Assembly (NCBI GenBank): GCA_030531215.1
Contig: JAUNNY010000004.1
Coordinates: 18,794 to 82,793, forward strand
Source: Erysipelotrichaceae bacterium
Lineage (GTDB): Bacteria > Bacillota_I > Bacilli_A > Erysipelotrichales > Erysipelotrichaceae
Direction of reading: 5' to 3'
Length of the DNA: 64,000 bases
The notes under the pieces: model-generated
Told to the model about the DNA's origin: nothing
What the model saw: only the letters and a program-made list of their open reading frames with translations
Databases searched by the model: none
Shown here: piece after piece, positions 1 through 10,348 of the stretch
Layout: each line of letters opens with the position of its first letter
How positions within the stretch are numbered: position 1 is the first letter of the stretch
Made by a program: the position numbers and the translations under genes

Positions 1-403
1 CTGCATGAGGATGCTCAGCACCTTCGTAAACATATAGATGACCTCTAATTTGGTCGCCTAATTTGTTGTGTGGAAGCATACCTTTAACTGCTTTTTCCAC
101 TAACTCTACTGGATGCTCTCTTTTCATCTCACCGATACTTTTTGCTTTTAGACCGCCTGGATACATTGAATGGTGGTAGTAGTATTTCTTTTCTTCTTGG
201 TCACCTGTATAAGTAACCTTTGCTGCATTGACTATGATTACATAATCACCGCAGTCTACGTTTGGTGTGTATGTTGGCTTGTTCTTTCCTCTTAAGATAG
301 TTGCACATTGTGTAGCTAATCTACCAAGAGTCTTTCCACTAGCATCAACTACATACCAGTCTTTTTTAACTTCTGCTGGTTTCAGCATAGTTGTTTGTCT
401 CAT
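1..403 (-). CDS. rplM: 50S ribosomal protein L13, N-terminal ~134 codons (3' end runs off the window start)
   Basis: Own translation from ATG at 403: MRQTTMLKPAEVKKDWYVVDASGKTLGRLATQCATILRGKNKPTYTPNVDCGDYVIIVNA..., a classic L13 N-terminus. GGAG SD sits 8 nt upstream. Absent from the ORF track because it is edge-truncated. Confidence 0.9.
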   Translation of the reverse strand, partial: MRQTTMLKPAEVKKDWYVVDASGKTLGRLATQCATILRGKNKPTYTPNVDCGDYVIIVNAAKVTYTGDQEEKKYYYHHSMYPGGLKAKSIGEMKREHPVELVEKAVKGMLPHNKLGDQIRGHLYVYEGAEHPHA

Positions 404-483
404 ATTTTTCTCCTTTGAGTTTCCGGGGCTCAATCAAAAAATAAGGCACTTATAATTGTATGGTATTTTGTTTCTATTTTCAA
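404..483 (-). promoter_or_regulatory. rplM promoter (TTGAAA-17-TACAAT) and short leader hairpin abutting the SD
   Basis: Minus strand: -35 TTGAAA (478-483), -10 TACAAT (455-460), hairpin TTGAG-N9-CTCAA (415-433). Firmicute rplM genes are known to carry an L13 leader; the match to that motif is not verified. Confidence 0.5.
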
Positions 484-518
484 TAAAAAGCAGTTATTTT
501 AATATAATTAATTATCAT

Positions 519-2237
519 TTATCTAACATATGCTTTAATATACTTTATTTCTCCACTTGTTGGCTTTATTGAATATTTGCCAACACAAGCTGGAACAATG
601 AATGTTTCTGCGTAATGAATCTCAAATGGTTCAAACTCGTTATTAATGCTTTCTATAATTGCACCTTGGCCATCTACAAGATTAAACATATTAACTGTTC
701 CTCTAGTGTCATGAATAACTTTGTTCCTAGAAGTATAAACGTGAGTTTCTATAAATTCTAGTTCATGTAAGCCTGTCTTAACTTCTTTGTAGTCACTTTC
801 ATCATGAAGAGTTTCAAAATGATTAACTAAATTGTCTTTAACCCATTGTGTTGTTCGCGAATAATCAATAACTTTTTCGCCATCTTCAATGTGAATAGGA
901 CGTGGTCTACCATCTAATCCTAAACGATCCCAATCCCATAATTTAAAGGTAAAAATATATGGTGTGGCACTGATTTCTAAAACCATTGTGTTATAGCTTG
1001 AACAGTGAATTGTACCAGCCGGAATTAAAAAGTGATCATGTTTTTTAGCAGGAAAACGATTGATATATTTTTCGTGATTAAATTTATTTGTTTTTTGTGC
1101 TTGTCTTAATGCACCAATGAATTCTTCTTTATTTACACCATCTTTAAGTCCTAAGAATACACCGCCATCTTGTTTAGCATCTAAAATATAGTATGATTCA
1201 TCTTGAGTGTATGGCATGTTAAATTTTTCATAGATGTATTTTGTGGTTGGGTGTACTTGCAAGGATAAATTTTGGCCATCCATCGTATCTAAAAAATCAA
1301 AACGAATTGGGAATTCCACTCCAAATTTTTTATATATGTTTTCTCCTAACAAATTTAATGGTTGATATTTAACTAGATTCATTGCAGGCGTTTCAATAAC
1401 AATGTCATCAAACTTAAAACGTAGAGAGTTTTCTTCAGGAACACCATCAAAACTCCATGCATAGTTTTTTTCATTAGGATTTAAACCACAGACTTCTTTC
1501 ATCCATTGTCCACCCCAAACACCAGGATCGAAGTATGGAACCAACCTAAAAGGCTTTGTTGAAAGCTCGCTAATCGCAAATCTTAGTCCAGAACCTTCAA
1601 CCATCTTTGGTTCTTCGATAATTGTTGTGTCAACATAATAATCAATGTCTTCAAATATATTGAATTTTAACTTGTCGGCAATACGCCACTCAATAAAGTA
1701 ACCTCGTTTATACTTTCTTAAAACATCCTCATTATAATTGTCACATTTATAATTCGGCATTCCTTTTCTATACCTTAATTGTATTTCCCATCTAGTCAGT
1801 TCTGCATATATTAATATATCGCCTTTATTGATAAGTGATGAACCAAAACCATAAATCAAGATTGTTCCATTATAGTTATTAACTTCACTAATAAATGCAG
1901 CCAATTTATCTTGATTTATATATTCTAAAACATCGCCATAAAACATCTTGCCTCTAACACGATCATCAGTTAAATATTCGGCCATCTTTTCTGTTAGAGC
2001 ATCGCAGTCTAAAAACATATCAATGCTTTTAATTGTTTTACTTGGTTTAAGACCTTTCACGAATTCTTCTAGCAAACTATCATCCACACCTGGATAAGTC
2101 TCTACACAAATAATTCGTACTTGCTTACTTTTTATTTCGTTAATGATATTGTCATAACCTGAAAAAACCTTGAAGTATTTACTTACAACATTTGTTGGAA
2201 AACGATCGTAATTTGTTTCTCTATTTATATAATTCAT
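519..2237 (-). CDS. class I mannose-6-phosphate isomerase family protein (long form, cupin)
   Basis: 572-aa ORF with PMI-type motifs WGGQW, LSLQVHP and IPAGTIHC in the expected order, plus an extra N-terminal domain. Confidence 0.7.
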   Translation of the reverse strand: MNYINRETNYDRFPTNVVSKYFKVFSGYDNIINEIKSKQVRIICVETYPGVDDSLLEEFVKGLKPSKTIKSIDMFLDCDALTEKMAEYLTDDRVRGKMFYGDVLEYINQDKLAAFISEVNNYNGTILIYGFGSSLINKGDILIYAELTRWEIQLRYRKGMPNYKCDNYNEDVLRKYKRGYFIEWRIADKLKFNIFEDIDYYVDTTIIEEPKMVEGSGLRFAISELSTKPFRLVPYFDPGVWGGQWMKEVCGLNPNEKNYAWSFDGVPEENSLRFKFDDIVIETPAMNLVKYQPLNLLGENIYKKFGVEFPIRFDFLDTMDGQNLSLQVHPTTKYIYEKFNMPYTQDESYYILDAKQDGGVFLGLKDGVNKEEFIGALRQAQKTNKFNHEKYINRFPAKKHDHFLIPAGTIHCSSYNTMVLEISATPYIFTFKLWDWDRLGLDGRPRPIHIEDGEKVIDYSRTTQWVKDNLVNHFETLHDESDYKEVKTGLHELEFIETHVYTSRNKVIHDTRGTVNMFNLVDGQGAIIESINNEFEPFEIHYAETFIVPACVGKYSIKPTSGEIKYIKAYVR

Positions 2238-2263
2238 TGATTATCTCTACCATTATTTTACCA

Positions 2264-2303
2264 ACAAAAAAAGCTTACTATCACTATTACTGATAATAAG
2301 CTT
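2264..2303 (-). terminator. Rho-independent terminator after the CBS gene
   Basis: Minus strand AAGCTTATTATCA-N7-TGATAGTAAGCTT (one mismatch) followed by TTTTTTTG. Confidence 0.7.
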
Positions 2304-2308
2304 AGTAA

Positions 2309-2716
2309 TTAGATACTCTTTCTTAATTCTTTAATGACTTTGGCTCTTGTAACGATACCCATCAAGATATTACGGTCATCAACTACAGGCACAAAGTTCT
2401 GTTTTGTAATGGTGATTATAACATCATTGATACCTGCGTTAACTGATATTGCGGGATGAAAATCTTTACGTATAATTTGCTTAATATTTGTTTTTTGTAA
2501 ATCTAGTAAATTATATTCTTGCTTATCCGCTATGTACCACAGAAGGTCGCCTTCCGATAATGTGCCTACATATTCACCTTCTTTACTAATTACCGGAATT
2601 TGCGTATAGGAATGAGCACGCATTTTTTCTAAAGCCTGTCTAATAGACATCGTATCTTCTAAATAAGCCAAATCTTTTTTTGGAGTCAATAATAATAAAA
2701 CATTCATCTTTTCCAT
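2309..2716 (-). CDS. CBS domain pair protein
   Basis: 135-aa ORF. Two CBS-like repeats (IPVISKEGEYVGTLSEGDLL; VPVVDDRNILMGIVTRAKVI). Confidence 0.75.
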   Translation of the reverse strand: MEKMNVLLLLTPKKDLAYLEDTMSIRQALEKMRAHSYTQIPVISKEGEYVGTLSEGDLLWYIADKQEYNLLDLQKTNIKQIIRKDFHPAISVNAGINDVIITITKQNFVPVVDDRNILMGIVTRAKVIKELRKSI

Positions 2717-2776
2717 ATCTTTATTTTACAAATCTATTATGTTAGAAATGTGAACACGATAATCTATAATAAAAGT

Positions 2777-3556
2777 ATGAAAAATAAAAAATATTTTTTC
2801 TTTGATATTGATGGAACATTAACTGATAAACAAACAGGAATAATCGTACCTTCAGCTAGAGAAACATTAACAAAACTTCAAGAAAATGGTCATTTTGTAG
2901 CGTTGTGTTCAGGTAGAGCTCAATATAAAGCAAGAATTATATTAAAAGAATTAGGCTTATCAAATATGGTGTGTTGTGGTGGCGGTGGCATTGTAATAGA
3001 TGATGTAATTATCAAAAACGAACCACTGGATAATAATAAAGTTAGAGCGCTCATAAAAGAATGTGAAGCAAATGATATTGGTTATCTAATTACAAAAGAT
3101 GATACCGAAAAAGTTTATCGCAAAGATGATTTATTTATGGAACAAAGTGGTGGCAGATACGAACCAACGCAATATATAGTTGATAAAGAATTAGATGTTA
3201 ACAATGTTAATACAATATATAAAGCATATGTATCAGTAAAACCTGAAGATGAACATCTTTTACCTTCATTACAAAATATAGGCCATTTAAGATTTGTCCC
3301 TCAATATTTAATAATCCAGCACGATAAAAAAGATAAAGGAATAATAGAAACTATGAAATTATTAAATGCCGACATTAAAGATGTCGTGGTGTTTGGCGAT
3401 GATACTAACGACTTAATCATGTTTGATGAAAGGTGGACATCAATCGCCATGGGTAATGCGACAGATAACAAACTAAAAGAAAAGGCCAACTATGTGACCG
3501 ATACCAGTGTTAATGACGGCGTCATGAAAGCGTGTCAGCATTTTGGCTGGATTTAA
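2777..3556 (+). CDS. Cof-type HAD-IIB phosphatase
   Basis: FFFDIDGTL (motif I) and GDDTNDLIMF (motif IV). The track ORF starts at GTG 2750; ATG 2777 (MKNKKYFFFDIDGTL) is preferred. Confidence 0.8.
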   Translation: MKNKKYFFFDIDGTLTDKQTGIIVPSARETLTKLQENGHFVALCSGRAQYKARIILKELGLSNMVCCGGGGIVIDDVIIKNEPLDNNKVRALIKECEANDIGYLITKDDTEKVYRKDDLFMEQSGGRYEPTQYIVDKELDVNNVNTIYKAYVSVKPEDEHLLPSLQNIGHLRFVPQYLIIQHDKKDKGIIETMKLLNADIKDVVVFGDDTNDLIMFDERWTSIAMGNATDNKLKEKANYVTDTSVNDGVMKACQHFGWI

Positions 3557-4206
3557 AACAAAGAAAGAGCAATTAGTAATTGTCCAACATAATACAAGAA
3601 AGAATAAACAGGGTGCATCCACCCTTTTCTGTTGCCAAAATTATAAAAAGATAAAACAGTATCAGAACAAGCAAACATAATAGCGCCAATCATAAACGCC
3701 AAGTTATTTGTGCTGCTGACATTCAAATAATTATAAATACCGAAAACCATTATTCCATATATCATCAGAGCGTATATCGGAAGAATAAAATACTGTATCT
3801 TTTTCAGTTTGCAATGATGATATGTGAAATAAAAATATATGCAAGTTAATATAGCGGCTATCAATAGTATTAAAGCTATATTAGACCAGTCTTTGTAAAT
3901 TAAAGCAGCAAGGTAGAAAATATGACCAATCATGAATGAATAAGTACCAAATAAAAACATTTTCTCTTTAAATGCTATATTTCTTATTCCTAGCAATACA
4001 TCTCCAAGTCCATCGAACAACATGCCAATTACAAAAAGCAATAATATTTTGGAGTTATTAATTAAATAAGCTTTTACACCCAAAACAATAAAGCACAGTG
4101 AAGCTACCGTTTTAAAAATTAAGGCTATTTTTTGTTTTTTAAGATTCAAAAAATAAATGTAGCCAAATTGACATATAATACATAAGATTGAAATAATGAT
4201 ACTCAC
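3553..4206 (-). CDS. YhhN family membrane protein (lysoplasmalogenase-like), copy 1
   Basis: 217-aa polytopic ORF with GLGDVLLG and ACSDTVLSF motifs typical of YhhN/TMEM86. GTG start. Confidence 0.65.
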   Translation of the reverse strand: MSIIISILCIICQFGYIYFLNLKKQKIALIFKTVASLCFIVLGVKAYLINNSKILLLFVIGMLFDGLGDVLLGIRNIAFKEKMFLFGTYSFMIGHIFYLAALIYKDWSNIALILLIAAILTCIYFYFTYHHCKLKKIQYFILPIYALMIYGIMVFGIYNYLNVSSTNNLAFMIGAIMFACSDTVLSFYNFGNRKGWMHPVYSFLYYVGQLLIALSLF

Positions 4207-4223
4207 AACTAAATATTACCATA

Positions 4224-4244
4224 AGAAAAAGCACTTTCGTGCTT
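4224..4244 (-). terminator. terminator after leuS
   Basis: Minus strand AAGCAC-GAAA-GTGCTT followed by TTTTCTT. Confidence 0.7.
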
Positions 4245-4251
4245 AATCCTT

Positions 4252-6651
4252 TTAAATAACAATGTTTACCATCTTTCCTTTTATAACGAAATGCTTTTTG
4301 ATTTCGTTATCGGCAACAAACTTGATTACGTTTTCCTGTTTCAATGCCGTCTCGTAAAGTTCATCATCACTTGCATCAGCATTGGCCATAAACTTAGCTC
4401 TAAGTTTACCATTGACTTGAACTACTACTTCTTTTTCCGCAACTACTAATTTACTTTCATCATATGTTGGCCATAAACGATAATCTAAATCAGTCTTTCC
4501 AGTTAAGATTTCATACATCTCTGAACAAACATGCGGAGCAAATACCGACAACATTTGAATAAAGTTTATCGCATATTCTTTATAGATTTTTTCTTCTTTA
4601 TAACAATCGTTGATAAAGATCATCATTTGAGAAATAGCTGTATTCAAACGCAAGTTTTCAATATCCTCAGAAACTTTCTTAACTGTGAAGTTATATGAAT
4701 AATCTAACTTGCCATCATTTGTATCAACTAACTTATCTTTTTGTTCGATAAATAGACGCCATACCCTTTCAAGCCATCTATGAGCACCTTCAATACCTTG
4801 TGTAGACCATGGCTTATCAGCTTCTAAAGGTCCCATAAACATTTCATATAGTCTTAAAGTATCTGCACCATAATCTCTAACGATATCACTTGGATTTACA
4901 ACATATTCAGGATACCTCTTACCCATCTTGATGCCATTTGATCCCAAAATGTATCCTTGGTGAACTAATTTTTGGAAAGGTTCTTTTACTGGAACGTAGC
5001 CCTTATCATAAAGATAATTATTCCACATTCTTGAATACAACAAGTGACCAACAGCATGCTCAGGACCGCCAATATATAAATCAACAGGAAGCCAATGCTT
5101 TAATAATTCATAATCAGCGAATTCCTTATCATTTTCTGGATCGATATACCTCAAGAAATACCAACTTGAACCTGCTGATCCAGGCATTGTAGAAGTTTCA
5201 CGTTTGCCCTTCTTTCCTTTATATTCGATATTAACCCAATCAGTTGCTTTATCTAATGGTGCACCAGTTTTGCTTGGACCATAATCTTCTAGTTCAGGTA
5301 ACACTAACGGCAAGTCCTCATCAGCTAGAACACCGATTGTACCATCTTCATAATGAATAACCGGAATTGGTTCACCCCAATATCTTTGTCTAGCAAATAT
5401 CCATTCCCTAATCTTATAGTTTATTTTTTTCTTACCAATATTCTTTTGTTCAAGCCATTCTATCATTTTATTAATGGCATCAGCCTTCCCTAATCCGTTT
5501 AAGAAATCAGAATTTATATGAACACCATCTTGAGTCCACGCTTCTTTTGAAATATCTCCACCTTCTAATACTTGAATAATGTCAATATTAAATTTCTTCG
5601 CAAATTCATAGTCACGATCATCGTGAGCAGGAACAGCCATAATAGCTCCTGTTCCATAAGTCATTAATACATAATCAGAAATCCAAATAGGAATCTTCTT
5701 TTCATTTACAGGATTAATTGCATAAGCACCAGTCCAAACACCAGTCTTATCTTTATTTAATTCTGTTCTTTCCATTTCTGATTTTGAAGCACATACTTTC
5801 TTGTATTCTTCAACATCGGTTTTTTGAGCATCAGTCGTAATCTTATCAACTAAAGGATGTTCAGGAGATAATACGCAATATGTTGCACCGAATAAAGTAT
5901 CGCAACGAGTTGTGAAAACCGTAAATGATTCTTCACATCCGTCAACTTTAAATTCAACTTCAGCACCTATTGATTTACCGATCCAGTTTCTTTGCATATC
6001 TTTAGTAGACTCTGGCCAATCGATTGTCTCTAAGCCTTCTAGTAATCTTTCGGCGAAAGCTGGAATATCAATAATCCATTGTTTCATATTCTTTCTGATA
6101 ACAGGATATCCGCCTCTTTCAGATTTACCATCAACAACTTCATCGTTTGCTAAAACACAGCCAAGTTCTTCACACCAGTTTACTGGCATTTCAATACACT
6201 TTGCATAGCCATCTTCAAATAGTTTCTTAAAAATCCATTGTGTCCATTTATAATAGCTTGGATCAGAAGTTGAGACCTTCTTAGACCAATCATAAGAAAA
6301 ACCTAAACCCTTTAATTGTTCAATAAAATGGTCAATATTTTTATTAGTAAAACCAGCAGGATGATTACCAGTTTGAATTGCATATTGTTCAGCAGGTAAA
6401 CCAAAAGAGTCAAAACCCATTGGATGAAGTACATTAAAACCATTCATCCTTTTATATCTACTTACTACATCAGTTGCAGTATAGCCCTCTGGATGTCCTG
6501 CGTGTAAACCAACGCCACTTGGATATGGAAACATATCAAGGGCATAAAACTTTGGTTTTGAAAAATCGTGAGTATCAGTTTTGAAAGTCTCATTTTCATC
6601 CCAAAATTTTTGCCATTTCTTTTCAATTGTTTGATAATCAAAAACGCTCAT
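4252..6651 (-). CDS. leuS: leucine--tRNA ligase
   Basis: About 800 aa with class I HIGH-type (HAGHPEGY) and KMSKS-type (KMGKR) regions. True ATG is at 6651 (MSVFDYQ), preceded by GGAGG; the TTG start in the track lies inside that SD. Confidence 0.95.
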   Translation of the reverse strand: MSVFDYQTIEKKWQKFWDENETFKTDTHDFSKPKFYALDMFPYPSGVGLHAGHPEGYTATDVVSRYKRMNGFNVLHPMGFDSFGLPAEQYAIQTGNHPAGFTNKNIDHFIEQLKGLGFSYDWSKKVSTSDPSYYKWTQWIFKKLFEDGYAKCIEMPVNWCEELGCVLANDEVVDGKSERGGYPVIRKNMKQWIIDIPAFAERLLEGLETIDWPESTKDMQRNWIGKSIGAEVEFKVDGCEESFTVFTTRCDTLFGATYCVLSPEHPLVDKITTDAQKTDVEEYKKVCASKSEMERTELNKDKTGVWTGAYAINPVNEKKIPIWISDYVLMTYGTGAIMAVPAHDDRDYEFAKKFNIDIIQVLEGGDISKEAWTQDGVHINSDFLNGLGKADAINKMIEWLEQKNIGKKKINYKIREWIFARQRYWGEPIPVIHYEDGTIGVLADEDLPLVLPELEDYGPSKTGAPLDKATDWVNIEYKGKKGKRETSTMPGSAGSSWYFLRYIDPENDKEFADYELLKHWLPVDLYIGGPEHAVGHLLYSRMWNNYLYDKGYVPVKEPFQKLVHQGYILGSNGIKMGKRYPEYVVNPSDIVRDYGADTLRLYEMFMGPLEADKPWSTQGIEGAHRWLERVWRLFIEQKDKLVDTNDGKLDYSYNFTVKKVSEDIENLRLNTAISQMMIFINDCYKEEKIYKEYAINFIQMLSVFAPHVCSEMYEILTGKTDLDYRLWPTYDESKLVVAEKEVVVQVNGKLRAKFMANADASDDELYETALKQENVIKFVADNEIKKHFVIKGKMVNIVI

Positions 6652-6667
6652 TTTAAAATCCTCCAAA

Positions 6668-6850
6668 AATAAAAGGTGCTACACAAAGGGCGCGGATGCG
6701 CGGTACCACCTTAATTTCTTACTTATACCCTTATCGCGAGTAACACGATTAATCATCAATTTAAGCAAGTTCATCAAGCCATTCGACAATTTTCACCAAC
6801 CATTGCCTCTCTAAAGAACTTAATTGATTACTACTCTTAAAGATTACTAT
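6668..6850 (-). promoter_or_regulatory. T-box leader, Leu specifier CUU, with terminator/antiterminator
   Basis: Minus strand has AGAGAGG...GGTGAAA in stem I and specifier-loop GAA-CUU-G (CUU at 6767-6769). T-box core AAGGTGGTACCGCG is at 6699-6712. Terminator helix followed by TTTTATTTTT lies just before the leuS SD. Confidence 0.85.
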
Positions 6851-6853
6851 TTA

Positions 6854-6882
6854 ATCTTAGCCTTTAATAAAATATTTTTCAA
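6854..6882 (-). promoter_or_regulatory. leuS/T-box promoter TTGAAA-17-TAAGAT
   Basis: -35 at 6877-6882 and -10 at 6854-6859 on the minus strand, starting 5 nt after the stop of the upstream MBL gene. Confidence 0.6.
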
Positions 6883-6886
6883 TAAA

Positions 6887-7501
6887 CTACTTATCTAAAT
6901 ATCTTTCGACTTTAATATCTTCACTAATCAATTCCGCAAAGCTTTGACCATCTGTTTTGTTTCCAACAACATCACCATAATGAGTAGGAATAACGACACT
7001 TGGTTTAATTACATTAATGTAATTTGCTGCTTCTTTATAATCCATCGTATATTTACCGCCGATTGGAACAAAACAAATATCACACTTAACATTTTTATTG
7101 TCGTCGTTTTGATCACAATCGCCACAAACATATATTCTCTTTCCTTCAATAGTCACGATATATGCAAGATATCCTTTGTCCTTGGTATGAAATTCTTTAC
7201 CTAGATTATAAGAAGGAATTGTTTCAACTTCATATCCTTCAATTTCTGTTTTTTCATACGGAAATAAAGTTACAACATTTTCTCCACCTAACAAATTATA
7301 CATACTATCAGGAATAACATAGACTGTATTTTCTTTTTCTATTTTTTTGATATCCTCAATTGAGAAATGATCGAAATGATCATGAGTCACAAAAATGATG
7401 TCTGCATCATGAGCTTCTTTTTCGATTTTGAAAGGATCAAAATAAATAATCTTATCACTTGCTATTTTGATACTACTTTGAGCATTAACTTCAATCTTCA
7501 T
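6887..7501 (-). CDS. MBL-fold metallo-hydrolase
   Basis: 204 aa with the HxHxDH motif (VTHDHFDHF). Confidence 0.8.
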   Translation of the reverse strand: MKIEVNAQSSIKIASDKIIYFDPFKIEKEAHDADIIFVTHDHFDHFSIEDIKKIEKENTVYVIPDSMYNLLGGENVVTLFPYEKTEIEGYEVETIPSYNLGKEFHTKDKGYLAYIVTIEGKRIYVCGDCDQNDDNKNVKCDICFVPIGGKYTMDYKEAANYINVIKPSVVIPTHYGDVVGNKTDGQSFAELISEDIKVERYLDK

Positions 7502-8969
7502 GGATTACCTCTATAGCTTTAGCCATTTGCGTATCATAACTATCATCAGTTGAACAAACGTGAATCGCAACAGAACATATTGATTCATATGTATCAGCAT
7601 CTAAGATACTATCGTCTTTTAGATTATTGTCTTTTTTAAACTGTCTTAATGCATTTGCAAACGATTCATCAAAATAACCATCAGTCCTTTCGACATCGTA
7701 ATTTAAGAAAGCTAAACATTCCTGTGACAGCTTAACATATTGAGAAACTGAGTCCAACTCATATACATCATCTTCAGGCATATCATATAATCTTTCATAC
7801 ATAATGTCTGGAAGAAGTACTTCGATATCTGGCTCAACACCTATCTTATTTATTGACACTCCATTAGGTGATAACCACTCACTAGTTGTTACTTTGACAG
7901 AACTTCCATCACTTAATCCGATATTAGATTGAACAACACCTTTACCATAAGTTGTTGTGCCAACTTGTATAGTGTTAGGGAATTGTTCTTTTAAACATAT
8001 TGTCAAGACTTCTGCAGCAGATGCGGTTGAAGAATTAGTTATAATTGCAATCTTTTTAAAATTGCCATATGTCTTTTCACACTTCGTATTATCTACAACT
8101 TCATTTTTATTTTTATCAATTTGTTTCATATAAACTTTGTCATTGCCGATAAACAAACCAGCTATTTCTTGAACTGCAGATTGATAACCACCAGAATTGT
8201 CTCTTAAATCAATTATAATTTTTTCATAATCTGTATAGTTGTCCAAATAAGACATTATAGCCTTTGCGGTATCAGAGCCAAAACTACTAAGTTCCATCAC
8301 TACATAATCGTCTTTTGCATAACAATATACTGAAGTACTTACTTGTTTTCTTATGGCAGTAATATCTAATAGTTCTGTTCCTCTTAACACAGTGATAACT
8401 ACTTCGGTATTTTCAGGACCCAAAACCATAGCTTTTAAACTATCAGAATCGAGATTTTCACAGCTTGTATGGTCAACGGCTTTAATAATGTCTCCAGGAA
8501 GAATTCCGGCTTCTTCAGCTGGTGATTGCTTGAAGACACGCGATACAGTAAATATATTGTCATTAGTTGTGTATTGAACTCCAATACCAACATAATCCAT
8601 ATTGATTGAAGAGCTGAATTCTTCATAAACATCTGGAGACATATACATCGTATATGGATCCTCAGCAAAAGTAGTCATGCCATATAAAGCACGATTATTT
8701 AATTCACTATTCAAATCTTCATATTCATCGCCATAATACCAATAGTTTTCGATAATATATCTAACATCATCAATATTATTTTGACCACTAGACGTGTTGA
8801 TAAAATTATTTCTAAAAATAAGATAGCCTAATGAAATTCCGCTCATTAAAAAAATGACGCATATAAGAATTATTGATATGATACGTCTTCTTTTTTGTTC
8901 TATTTCTTTTCTTTCCGATGCAAGTGGCTGTTTATGCAACGAAACAATTACTTTTTCTTCTTCTTCCAT
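7491..8969 (-). CDS. S41 family C-terminal processing peptidase (CtpB-like) with PDZ and C-terminal peptidoglycan-binding-like domain
   Basis: N-terminal TM and PDZ (GILPGDIIKAVD). S41 catalytic region (TNSSTASAAEV, YGKGVVQ). C-terminal LNYDVERTDGYFDESFANALRQFKKDNNL. Confidence 0.85.
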   Translation of the reverse strand: MEEEEKVIVSLHKQPLASERKEIEQKRRRIISIILICVIFLMSGISLGYLIFRNNFINTSSGQNNIDDVRYIIENYWYYGDEYEDLNSELNNRALYGMTTFAEDPYTMYMSPDVYEEFSSSINMDYVGIGVQYTTNDNIFTVSRVFKQSPAEEAGILPGDIIKAVDHTSCENLDSDSLKAMVLGPENTEVVITVLRGTELLDITAIRKQVSTSVYCYAKDDYVVMELSSFGSDTAKAIMSYLDNYTDYEKIIIDLRDNSGGYQSAVQEIAGLFIGNDKVYMKQIDKNKNEVVDNTKCEKTYGNFKKIAIITNSSTASAAEVLTICLKEQFPNTIQVGTTTYGKGVVQSNIGLSDGSSVKVTTSEWLSPNGVSINKIGVEPDIEVLLPDIMYERLYDMPEDDVYELDSVSQYVKLSQECLAFLNYDVERTDGYFDESFANALRQFKKDNNLKDDSILDADTYESICSVAIHVCSTDDSYDTQMAKAIEVIHED

Positions 8970-8971
8970 AA

Positions 8972-10348
8972 TTAACTTAGATAATATTCAGGATTTAAAA
9001 TACATGGAGCGTTGCTTCCTGTAGAATTACACATATGATTTTGTATACAGCTTTCACCTCTTCCACATAAGAAAGTTCCATCATAATTTATATCAAGATA
9101 ATCGACGATTTCGCCTTCACCTAAATAATACATTTCTATATGACAGTGTGGACCAGTTGAAGAACCAGAAGAGCCAACATAACCAATAACTTGATCTTGC
9201 TCAACAACCTCACCAGACTCTACAGCGACATCGGACATGTGCATCATAATAAAACCATAAACACCATCATCAACTTGGCACATTAAATAAACTTGATTAC
9301 CTGCGCCGTATAAACCTTCAGAATCGCCAGCACCACACCAGCTTCCATAATATCCTGTACCTTCACAACCATTATAAGAGAAGATACAAATGCCATTTGC
9401 TGGAGCGTGAATTTCTTCACCATAGCTAGCCGCATAATCAATGCCTAAATGAACTTGACCATAATTAAAACTAGTATCACGATATGGGAAACCAGATGAA
9501 ATATAAGAATTATGAACACATGGAACAAAACCACCAGAAGAGATAACCATTCTAGCTTGGTCATAGTATTTTGATAAAGAATCCCAAGGTGCTAAGTTAT
9601 TATTTAATTCTTCTAATTCCGCTTCGATTTGTCTAACTTCTTCTTCGACAGCTTCTTTCATATAAATAAAGCTAATTTGCTTATCTTCTAATTCTTCTTC
9701 AGATTTATCAAGTTCTGCTTTTGATTCATCTAATTCTGCTTTATCAGAATTAAGTTGATTAATTAACTCAATTAATTTTTCTCTATCATCAGAATCTTTG
9801 CTTAACAAAGCATTAACACCATATATTCTTCTTAACAAATCAGAAAAAGATTTAGAACCACAAATAAAATCTAGATATCCAGAGAAATGCATAGTCTTTT
9901 GCGAAGAAATCATACGTGATTTTACACGATCGTTTAATTCACCAACCTCTTCTTCATTCTTATCTATGCTTTCTTGAAGTTCGTCAATCTTAACTTGAAG
10001 AGCATCTATATCAACTTGAAGATCATCAATCTCGTATTGCAATGATTCTATTTCGGCTTCATATTCTGAAATCAAAGCACCCTTTTCTTCTTTAGAAGCT
10101 TCGGCTGCATCCATTTGTTCTTGGATTTCTCTTTTTATCTTGCCAATTTTTTGTGATTGTATTTTACATGCTTGTTCATCATATTTATCTGATTCTTTAT
10201 CACATACCTCGACATCATAATTATCAATATCGTAGTCATCATCATCTAAATCACCATCTTCAGCATAAATAAAAGTAGTTTTTCCAATAAAACAACTTGG
10301 GAAAACTATAAATAACACTAATAAAACTGACAATACTTTTTTAAACAT
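8972..10348 (-). CDS. secreted coiled-coil M23 (LytM-type) peptidase, EnvC/PcsB-like FtsEX partner candidate
   Basis: Signal/TM, then a long heptad-like acidic coiled coil. M23 motifs HLGIDY and GPHCHIEMY appear intact. Cys-rich C-terminal part. Confidence 0.8.
   Translation of the reverse strand: MFKKVLSVLLVLFIVFPSCFIGKTTFIYAEDGDLDDDDYDIDNYDVEVCDKESDKYDEQACKIQSQKIGKIKREIQEQMDAAEASKEEKGALISEYEAEIESLQYEIDDLQVDIDALQVKIDELQESIDKNEEEVGELNDRVKSRMISSQKTMHFSGYLDFICGSKSFSDLLRRIYGVNALLSKDSDDREKLIELINQLNSDKAELDESKAELDKSEEELEDKQISFIYMKEAVEEEVRQIEAELEELNNNLAPWDSLSKYYDQARMVISSGGFVPCVHNSYISSGFPYRDTSFNYGQVHLGIDYAASYGEEIHAPANGICIFSYNGCEGTGYYGSWCGAGDSEGLYGAGNQVYLMCQVDDGVYGFIMMHMSDVAVESGEVVEQDQVIGYVGSSGSSTGPHCHIEMYYLGEGEIVDYLDINYDGTFLCGRGESCIQNHMCNSTGSNAPCILNPEYYLS

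Noticed and set aside
6652-6666. Longer N-terminal extensions proposed by the ORF track: leuS TTG 6666, HAD GTG 2750, HAD TTG 47341, rlmB 49364, azlD 13912 and GYF-like GTG 51231.
   Set aside because: In each case an in-frame ATG with a proper SD lies just downstream. The extension either overlaps the SD itself or lacks one, and the family N-termini match the shorter forms.
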